From Candidatus Saccharimonadota bacterium (GTDB taxonomy: Bacteria > Patescibacteriota > Saccharimonadia > Saccharimonadales > Saccharimonadaceae): a DNA stretch of 32,000 nucleotides. The DNA is taken from the NCBI GenBank assembly GCA_001029695.1, contig CP011211.1, positions 60,001 to 92,000 on the forward strand. Reading direction: 5' to 3'. Positions 25,506 to 32,000 of this stretch are shown here, piece after piece. The notes under the pieces are model-generated. The model had not been told where the DNA came from and searched no databases. It was given only the letters and a program-made list of their open reading frames with translations. Made by a program: the position numbers and the translations under genes. The stretch's first letter is position 1, and the number at the start of each line of letters is the position of its first letter.

Positions 25506-26180
25506 TTACGCTTTGACGATTTTGCCATCTTGTAGCTTGAAGGTTCGATCGGTTTTTCCTGCTATATCGAGGTCGTGGGTTACTGCGATGATTGTTGTAT
25601 TTTCGCTTCGTGAAAGATTGTGCAAGAGGTCAAATATCTTCTTGCCAGTCTCGCTATCAAGGTTGCCGGTTGGTTCGTCGGCAAGTATGACTGCTGGGTG
25701 GTTTGCGAGCGCCCTTGCGATACTTACCCGCTGCTGCTGGCCACCGCTGAGGCGTGAGGGTTTGCGTTTTTGCTGATCGGGTTCGAGCCCTACTTCCGCA
25801 AGTAGTTCTGCGGCACGATCTTTACGATCTTTGCTTGGTGCGCCACCAAATTCAAGTGCGAGCATGACGTTTTCGAGGGCACTGAGATTTGGTATGAGGT
25901 TGTAGTGTTGAAATACGAAACCTATCTTTTTTGAACGGTAGGCGGTTTGGTTGTGTGCTGACAGTTTAGCAATATCAACATCATCAACTTCTATTTGACC
26001 GCTCGTAGGGATATCGAGCGCCCCAAGCATACTCAGCAGTGTGCTTTTTCCACTTCCTGATTTGCCGATAATACTCGCAAATTCTCCAGTTTTCACACTA
26101 AACGATACATCGTGCAGTGCATGCACTTCTCCACCATGAGTAGTGAATGTTTTTGTCAGGTTTGTAACAGTAAGTGACAT
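25506..26180 (-). CDS. ABC transporter ATP-binding protein (MacB/LolD/FtsE-like)
   Basis: Walker A GKSGSGKST, signature LSGGQQQRVSIARAL and Walker B VILADEPTGNLD. Confidence 0.9.
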   Translation of the reverse strand: MSLTVTNLTKTFTTHGGEVHALHDVSFSVKTGEFASIIGKSGSGKSTLLSMLGALDIPTSGQIEVDDVDIAKLSAHNQTAYRSKKIGFVFQHYNLIPNLSALENVMLALEFGGAPSKDRKDRAAELLAEVGLEPDQQKRKPSRLSGGQQQRVSIARALANHPAVILADEPTGNLDSETGKKIFDLLHNLSRSENTTIIAVTHDLDIAGKTDRTFKLQDGKIVKA

Positions 26181-26193
26181 AATGATTCCTTTC

Positions 26194-27573
26194 TTACTCT
26201 GTTCTTAATACTTCAGCTGGTCGGACGCGTGCAATAAGCCATGCAGGAACTGCACTACCAATGATTGCGATCAAAATAGTGATTCCAATTGCACCGAAGA
26301 ATGTCTCTGGCTTCACTGTGGCACTGACTGATCGTACGTTTTCTTGCACTGCGCGCGCCCCTCCTCGGATCACCCCGCTAGGTCCGCCCATTCCTCGTTG
26401 CTGGGAGTTGGCGTTGTTCGTAGCCTGGTTTGATACAAGGGATTGTGTAATTGAGCCGCTCGCAAGGACGCCAAATGTAAGTCCGATAATACCACCGAGA
26501 ACGGTCAGCGTGATAGCTTCCGTAATAAATTGACCAATAACTTTCGTGTTAGTGCCTCCGATTGCCTTTATGACACCTATTTCTCTACGCCGTTCTCTCA
26601 CGATCATGGTCGTGGTGAGTAAAACAATAGCTGCAGCAGCGACGGTAGCTCCGATAACTCCAGTCGTTGCGAGTGTGCTGATACTTTGAAGCGAGGATAC
26701 GCTTGAGGCTGCCTGTTCTTGCTGACTCGTTACGTCAGCCTTGTCGCCAAGACGTGTTTTAAGAGTACTTACGGTGCTCGCGACATTATCGCTGCTATCG
26801 ACAGTCGCAATGACACTTGTGACAGCACCGGCCTGCTCGGTAAGGTTTTGGAGTGTTGCGAGGGGCATGATGAGGCCGTTATTTTCAAATACATTACCTG
26901 CATCATAAATTCCACTCACGGTAAACGTTTTTCCGTAAGCAGTAAATGTACTGCCTGGAGATAGACTATTTTTTTCAGCCAATGATTTACCGACTAGTGC
27001 GGTAGTTGTATCGCCCTTGCCGTCGATCATTGCTCCGCTGGTGATCGTTAATACCGATCCATTTGTTGCAGCTGAATTTGGGTCGGTTGTTCCTGTGATA
27101 CTCGTTCTTGGTGTTGGCATTGTTCTTTGAGCGCTTGTAGAAGCCCCTGATTGACCTTCGTCGGCTGGTGGCTGCGGCATTGTTCCTGATGAGTTACCTC
27201 CCCCTTCGAATCGTTGCTGTCGCTGCCCGAAGCTACCGAGTTCAAGTGACGGCGTGAGATTTGTATCGTCTGTGCCGAGCTGGTCTGTCAGTGTACTGAC
27301 AGTGCTTTTGATGTTCGCAGTATTTGTGATAGTGCTGATTTGCTCTGCGGTGAGTGGATCGCCACCGCCCATTCCTCCACGAATTCCGGCAGGACTAATC
27401 GTCACTGTGGTGGCGGTTGAGGATTTGACCTCATCTATCTTTGTATTGACGCTTGCCCTTGCGACGAGCATTGCGACGATAAGTCCAATGCTTATTGCAA
27501 GCATGATGATAATAGCCCCTGATCTTACGGGGCTGCGCAGGGCGTTCCGTATCCCTCGCGTAACTACATTCAT
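26194..27573 (-). CDS. ABC transporter permease, FtsX/MacB-type (4 TM, large extracytoplasmic domain)
   Basis: N-terminal TM segment, a loop of about 280 aa with a low-complexity G/S/T/P-rich insert, and C-terminal FtsX-type TM segments (RERRREIGVIKAIGG...). SD AAAGGAG is present. Confidence 0.8.
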   Translation of the reverse strand: MNVVTRGIRNALRSPVRSGAIIIMLAISIGLIVAMLVARASVNTKIDEVKSSTATTVTISPAGIRGGMGGGDPLTAEQISTITNTANIKSTVSTLTDQLGTDDTNLTPSLELGSFGQRQQRFEGGGNSSGTMPQPPADEGQSGASTSAQRTMPTPRTSITGTTDPNSAATNGSVLTITSGAMIDGKGDTTTALVGKSLAEKNSLSPGSTFTAYGKTFTVSGIYDAGNVFENNGLIMPLATLQNLTEQAGAVTSVIATVDSSDNVASTVSTLKTRLGDKADVTSQQEQAASSVSSLQSISTLATTGVIGATVAAAAIVLLTTTMIVRERRREIGVIKAIGGTNTKVIGQFITEAITLTVLGGIIGLTFGVLASGSITQSLVSNQATNNANSQQRGMGGPSGVIRGGARAVQENVRSVSATVKPETFFGAIGITILIAIIGSAVPAWLIARVRPAEVLRTE

Positions 27574-27630
27574 ACATTTTCTCCTTTTATTTAGTGATGT
27601 ATGCTTGTAGTGTAGACCTCTGTACTTAAA

Positions 27631-28653
27631 CTAAGCCTTCTTGTTGCTTAAAATTGGCAGAAGAACGGTAAAAGTAGTGGCATGTCCTGGTGCGCTTGAG
27701 GCGTTGAGCTCACCACTATGGAGTTGGACGATTTGCTTTGCGAGCGACAGGCCAAGGCCGTAGCCCGCCTTTTCTCCGTTTGTTCGAGAGGAGTCTGCTC
27801 GATAGAATCTATCAAATATCTTAGGTAGGTCGTCTGCGGATATGCCTTTTCCGGTGTTGATTGTCTCTACGCAGGCTTTATTGTTTCGCTTTGATACTCG
27901 TACCGTCACAAGCGAATCGCTTGGACTGTATTTAAGGGCGTTATCTATAAGGATTGTCACTAGTTCCTCGATGCTTGAAAGATTTCCATGAACGAGAAGA
28001 TTTTTGTGAATTGATTTAAGATCGATCCTCTCGCCTGATGGGTCATAGCGTCTCGCTACATCTTCAACGATTTTTGTAATATTCACCGGTTCACGCTCTA
28101 GTTTTGCATGTTCGCCTTTTGATAATTGTAGAAGCATCTGAGATAGACGCGTGAGTTTGTTTACTTCCTCGAGGTTGCTTTCGAGTAGTTCTCTCATTTC
28201 ATCTTTTGAGAGTTTTGGATCTCTTAATGCTACCTCTAACTCTGTTTTCATAACAGCTAAGGGTGTGCGCAACTCGTGGCTGGCGTCACTAGTAAAGCGT
28301 GATTGCCTATCGTGTACTTCTTCAATTTGACTGAGAGTACGACGAGCAAGTGCATAGCTCATCGCCCCGCCCCCTACGAGGATCAGGAGGTTAACGTAGA
28401 CAAGTGCGAGTAATATATTTTTGTTTGCGCGATCTCGTTGATCATCTCGAAATGCCGTATATCGAGGATTGATAGGATTGCCGTCCTCGTCAATTGGCAC
28501 GGTTGGTCGCTCGAGGTGCATTTGTAATTGGCGTAGCCGGTCGTTTACTTCGCTGGTTGTTGTATTGTAGATAGTTACACTAAAAATCAAGCTGATACTC
28601 ATAAGTATCAGCAGGTACCAGCCGGTAAGTTTTAATGTAGCTGATTGAAACAT
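27631..28653 (-). CDS. sensor histidine kinase (HisKA + HATPase_c), two TM segments
   Basis: H-box FTSDASHELRTPL, N-box IDNALKYS and G-boxes INTGKGI / GYGLGLSLAKQIV. Confidence 0.9.
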   Translation of the reverse strand: MFQSATLKLTGWYLLILMSISLIFSVTIYNTTTSEVNDRLRQLQMHLERPTVPIDEDGNPINPRYTAFRDDQRDRANKNILLALVYVNLLILVGGGAMSYALARRTLSQIEEVHDRQSRFTSDASHELRTPLAVMKTELEVALRDPKLSKDEMRELLESNLEEVNKLTRLSQMLLQLSKGEHAKLEREPVNITKIVEDVARRYDPSGERIDLKSIHKNLLVHGNLSSIEELVTILIDNALKYSPSDSLVTVRVSKRNNKACVETINTGKGISADDLPKIFDRFYRADSSRTNGEKAGYGLGLSLAKQIVQLHSGELNASSAPGHATTFTVLLPILSNKKA

Positions 28654-28664
28654 AATGGTTGCGG

Positions 28665-29339
28665 TTATTTAGCCTCTATTTTATAGCCAAATCCACGCGC
28701 TGTTTGGATGAGTGGGTACGAAAACGGTGCGTCCACTTTATTGCGAAGATATTTTATATATACTTCTACGGTATTGAGAAGTACATCGGCCTCGTAGTCC
28801 CATACGTGTGAGATAATTGTCTCTTTCGAAAGAGGTCGCCCTTGATTGCGTAGGAGAAACTCAAGGAGTGCAAATTCTTTGCTCGTGAGGCTTATTTCTT
28901 TGCCTGCTCGAGTCACTTTAAATGTCGTCGTATCTAGTGATAGATCACCAGCAGTAAGGATGACGCTTTGTTGTTCGGTTGGGCGACGAAGCAGGGCGCG
29001 TACTCGAGCTAGGAGTTCCTCAAGTGCAAATGGTTTGACGAGATAGTCGTCGGCCCCACTATCAAGCCCTTTTGCTTTGTCGGCAGATGTGCCAAGTGCA
29101 GTAAGGAGGAGGATAGGCATATGGATCTTTTGAGCGCGAAGCTCTTTGACGAGCGCGATGCCATCGTACTCACCGGGGATCATACGATCTATGATCGCAA
29201 GATCGTATGGCTCAGTTGTAGCCATGGCGTATCCTTCGTCCCCATCGTAGACGATGTCGACGGCATAGCTTTCCTGTTCAAGCGCTCTTCCAAGTGCGCG
29301 TGCTATTTTGTGCTCATCTTCTACAATCAATATTCTCAT
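28665..29339 (-). CDS. OmpR-family response regulator
   Basis: The receiver domain has MRILIVEDE, DLAIIDRMIPG and LVKPF. The C-terminal winged helix has LTSKEFALLEFLLRN, VEVYIKYLRNK and RGFGYKI. Confidence 0.9.
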   Translation of the reverse strand: MRILIVEDEHKIARALGRALEQESYAVDIVYDGDEGYAMATTEPYDLAIIDRMIPGEYDGIALVKELRAQKIHMPILLLTALGTSADKAKGLDSGADDYLVKPFALEELLARVRALLRRPTEQQSVILTAGDLSLDTTTFKVTRAGKEISLTSKEFALLEFLLRNQGRPLSKETIISHVWDYEADVLLNTVEVYIKYLRNKVDAPFSYPLIQTARGFGYKIEAK

Positions 29340-29385
29340 ACTTTTATAGTATACCTTTTAGCTGAAAATGGGCTTTGATTTATAG

Positions 29386-29694
29386 TTATGCGTACTTATT
29401 GCTCCACTCTTCCATTGAGTGAAGTACTGGCAGAAGGTCTCTACCTTTTTCTGTGAGCTGGTACTCGCAGCGACTGCTCGATGTGAAGCTTTTGGTGATG
29501 ATATCATGATCTTCGAGCTGAGTGAGGCGTGCTGAAAGTGTACGAGGATTGATGCCACCTACGAGGTCTTGTATCTGGCAAAATCGAACAGTCTCTTCGT
29601 TTATGAAGAAGCGTAGTAGCTGAGGAGTCCATTTGTCTCCGAGAATTTCAGTGGCTGCTTTTATGCAACCGATTTGCGTTGTTGCTACTGTCAT
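29386..29694 (-). CDS. HxlR-family transcriptional regulator
   Basis: Motifs ILGDKWTPQLLRFF...RFCQIQDLVGGINPRTLSARLTQLEDHDII...YQLTEKGRDLLPVLHSMEEW. Confidence 0.85.
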   Translation of the reverse strand: MTVATTQIGCIKAATEILGDKWTPQLLRFFINEETVRFCQIQDLVGGINPRTLSARLTQLEDHDIITKSFTSSSRCEYQLTEKGRDLLPVLHSMEEWSNKYA

Positions 29695-29753
29695 ATCTAT
29701 CTAATACTATACATTGTGTAGCGATAATGGTCAAGTGGATGACCCTAGCCTCA

Positions 29754-31418
29754 CTACTTGATAAGCTCTTGGCCGTTATTTGTTCGGATGTGATCCATGC
29801 TGTAGTCCCAGGCGGCGTCAGTCTTCTTGTGCGGGTTGAAAATATACATAGGATCAAATATCTCTTTTGTCGTACGGAAAAGCTGATATACTTCATCACC
29901 GAACATTGCCGGTAGCCATGGGCCACGTACCATGCCGTCATTGTGCTCTCCAGCGAGGGTTCCCTTGTATTTTAGAACAAGTGGGATGATTTCACGCATG
30001 ACGGGCTCGAGCTTTGCCTGATCAGCAGGACTGCTAATGCTCATCAGCGGAATGATATGGAAGTTTCCATCACCGTAGTGGCCAGCGATTGTAGCCGGTA
30101 GCTTATACTTACGAATGATTTTTCGGAGCGCCGGGAGGAACTCTGGCAGGTATTTTGGCTGGACAGTAAGATCATCCATGAAAGGACTCGCGTATTTGTC
30201 GTGAACTTTTTGACGTAGAAGCATAAGACTTGCACGACGGATTTGCCAAAATGGCTTACTCGCCTCTTCAGTGTCCTCTATATCTGTTTTAATTTTGTAG
30301 CCAGAAAGCGCGCTGCGTAGCGTGACTATCTTGTCATAGACTTCTTCAGGGGTTTTACCTTCAAATTCCACCATCATGATCATATGTGGGAGGTGGCCAC
30401 GAAACTTCGCTACAGAGCCGGCTAGCTGTGCTTGCATCTTCGCCCATTCCTTGAGGCCAAGTTGCTTCTTAAATACCTTGAAGTGTTTGATACCAAGCTC
30501 GAAAGTGATATCGTCGAAGCCCTCAAAGGTGGCAGGTTCATGAGCCATGACTGTTTTAATGATATCGCCAAGCTGCTTAATAGTAGGTAAATAAATAACC
30601 AGCAACCCGGTGTGCGGGGCTTTTGGAACAAGATGCATTTTGATGTCGGTAATGATTCCGAGCGTTCCTTGGCTGCCCGTGATCAGATGTGTAAGGTCAA
30701 ATATACCCGTATCACGATCCCATGTACTCCAGAGGTTATAGCCCATAGAGTTTTTGTTGACATGCGGGCGAGCGTTTTTGATGATGTCATAATTTTCTTC
30801 GATTAGCTCAAATACCTGACGATATATTTCGCCTTCAAAATCACCTTTCGCGATTTTGACATCAAGCTCTCGTTTTGTCAGTGGTTTGACGGTGTATTCT
30901 TTCCCATCACGGAAGACAACTTTAAGTTCTTTGACAAAGTTTTCGGTATTGCCATAGCGAAGTGATTGTTCTCCTCCGCTGTTGTTTCCAACCATCCCAC
31001 CGATAGTACAGATCGCGCGGCTCGCTGGAACGCATCCAAGCATCGTGCCGTTTGCATTAGTGCGTGGATCAATATCCCTCATGTGTACGCCGGGCTGCGT
31101 ATGAAGTTCAGCGCGTGAAACGCTATGGATGGTATTGAAATGCTTTGTCATATCGACAAGGAGTGAGTTACCTATAGCGGCGCCTGACATATCGGTACCG
31201 GCGCTCCGAGGCGTGATTGAGAGCGAAGGATACTCACGTTTATGTTCAGCGACGAATGTAACAAGTTTTCGAATATCAAGTGAGTTTTTGGGAAACAGCA
31301 CCGCATCTGGGACAAGCTCATAGATGCTTGCATCATGACTGTAGTTTTTTCGAGTGGTTTCAGCGGTGATAATTTCACCTTCAAAAATGTCTTTTAGCGC
31401 TAAGATAATACGTTGCAT
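29754..31418 (-). CDS. FAD-binding (PCMH-type) oxidoreductase, GlcD / D-lactate dehydrogenase-like
   Basis: FAD_binding_4-type blocks ITPRSAGTDMSGAAIG, GCVPASRAICTIGGMVGNNSGGEQSLRYG and GSQGTLGIITD. The C-terminal FAD-oxidase block is GTLAGEHNDG. Confidence 0.8.
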   Translation of the reverse strand: MQRIILALKDIFEGEIITAETTRKNYSHDASIYELVPDAVLFPKNSLDIRKLVTFVAEHKREYPSLSITPRSAGTDMSGAAIGNSLLVDMTKHFNTIHSVSRAELHTQPGVHMRDIDPRTNANGTMLGCVPASRAICTIGGMVGNNSGGEQSLRYGNTENFVKELKVVFRDGKEYTVKPLTKRELDVKIAKGDFEGEIYRQVFELIEENYDIIKNARPHVNKNSMGYNLWSTWDRDTGIFDLTHLITGSQGTLGIITDIKMHLVPKAPHTGLLVIYLPTIKQLGDIIKTVMAHEPATFEGFDDITFELGIKHFKVFKKQLGLKEWAKMQAQLAGSVAKFRGHLPHMIMMVEFEGKTPEEVYDKIVTLRSALSGYKIKTDIEDTEEASKPFWQIRRASLMLLRQKVHDKYASPFMDDLTVQPKYLPEFLPALRKIIRKYKLPATIAGHYGDGNFHIIPLMSISSPADQAKLEPVMREIIPLVLKYKGTLAGEHNDGMVRGPWLPAMFGDEVYQLFRTTKEIFDPMYIFNPHKKTDAAWDYSMDHIRTNNGQELIK

Positions 31419-31464
31419 ATATCTCCATCATACCATAAGTACAATGGAGATAATCGAGATAGGC

Positions 31465-32000
31465 CTAGAGCTTTTTAGCTGATTTTTTGAAGATCGTGTT
31501 CCAGGAGAGTGTCCGTGAATATTCGAGCGCTCCGTAGCGGAACATACGTACGGCAACTGCTAGTGCAACGGTTGCGCTTATTGCTAGGATAACGATAGCA
31601 ATCAGAGCATCTGTGTGGCTGAGATTGCCCACGGCATTGCGGAGCATCAGTGGAATTGGCGCAGTGAGTGGGAAGAATGAAAGAATCTTGACAAGAACAG
31701 AGTCTGGCTGCGATAGGAATAGAGTCACCGCATAGAGTGGGCCAAAGATGAACACCATAACCATACCGAAATATCCGCCAGCCTCTTTCGCAGTTGGCGT
31801 CGCTGCGCCGATCGCAACGAGCAGTCCCGTAAAGAGTAGGAAGCTAAGTACAAATATTGTTGCAGAAATTGCGATACGAAGTGGATCGATCGGAATACTA
31901 GTAAGATCAAAGTTTGGTAGCGACAACTGCTCTCTAAATAACAGATATCCGACCACGATAGGAACCAGGATGATTAGTATTTGCACTACCGCTAGGACGA
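31465..32000 (-). CDS. ABC-2-type transporter permease (NatB-like), 3' part only; gene continues beyond window end
   Basis: Multi-TM C-terminal region (FGPLYAVTLFL, FFPLTAPIPLMLR, LIAIVILAISATVALAVAV). The frame stays open upstream of the track start (GTG 31986) to position 32000. Confidence 0.6.
   Translation of the reverse strand, partial: VLAVVQILIILVPIVVGYLLFREQLSLPNFDLTSIPIDPLRIAISATIFVLSFLLFTGLLVAIGAATPTAKEAGGYFGMVMVFIFGPLYAVTLFLSQPDSVLVKILSFFPLTAPIPLMLRNAVGNLSHTDALIAIVILAISATVALAVAVRMFRYGALEYSRTLSWNTIFKKSAKKL

Overview
This 32-kb window is gene-dense, with about 40 CDS and one tRNA. I saw no rRNA, CRISPR array, transposase or integrase. The gene content and regulatory style suggest a small-genome monoderm, possibly a CPR/Patescibacteria (Saccharibacteria-like) episymbiont. 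The supporting traits are a type IV pilin, many orphan acidic proteins, few biosynthetic genes, extended -10 promoters, frequent leaderless starts and strong hairpin terminators. That lineage call is inference only.

Recognisable housekeeping and transport genes:
- tRNA-Gln(UUG)
- a SpoU/TrmH methyltransferase
- a GreA-family factor
- two convergent P-type cation ATPases
- an OmpR/HisKA two-component pair co-oriented with a MacB/FtsX-type ABC exporter
- an HxlR regulator
- an FAD-linked oxidase
- an ABC-2 permease truncated by the window end

Most interesting observations:
- (i) Exported cell-envelope-active proteins are concentrated here: two cutinase-like esterases (one fused to vWA-PKD-Fn3), a LysM-Rpf muralytic protein and a membrane-anchored lysozyme-like protein. 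Some have elevated GC.
- (ii) Two of these hydrolase genes are each convergently paired with a member of one uncharacterised paralogous family.
- (iii) Three tandem self-contained cassettes keep conserved promoter, leader and terminator DNA but encode very diverged ~150-aa proteins.
- (iv) A divergent DUF2130 / RHH-YfbU gene pair has a perfect 33-bp palindrome over the promoter.
- (v) An SRAP-family protein lacks the catalytic Cys2.
- (vi) A DUF1801 ORF has no canonical start codon and is missing from the ORF track.
- (vii) Fourteen genes have a -10 box 6-8 nt upstream of the start codon, which implies leaderless mRNAs.

All functional calls rest on motif recognition by eye. No database search was run.
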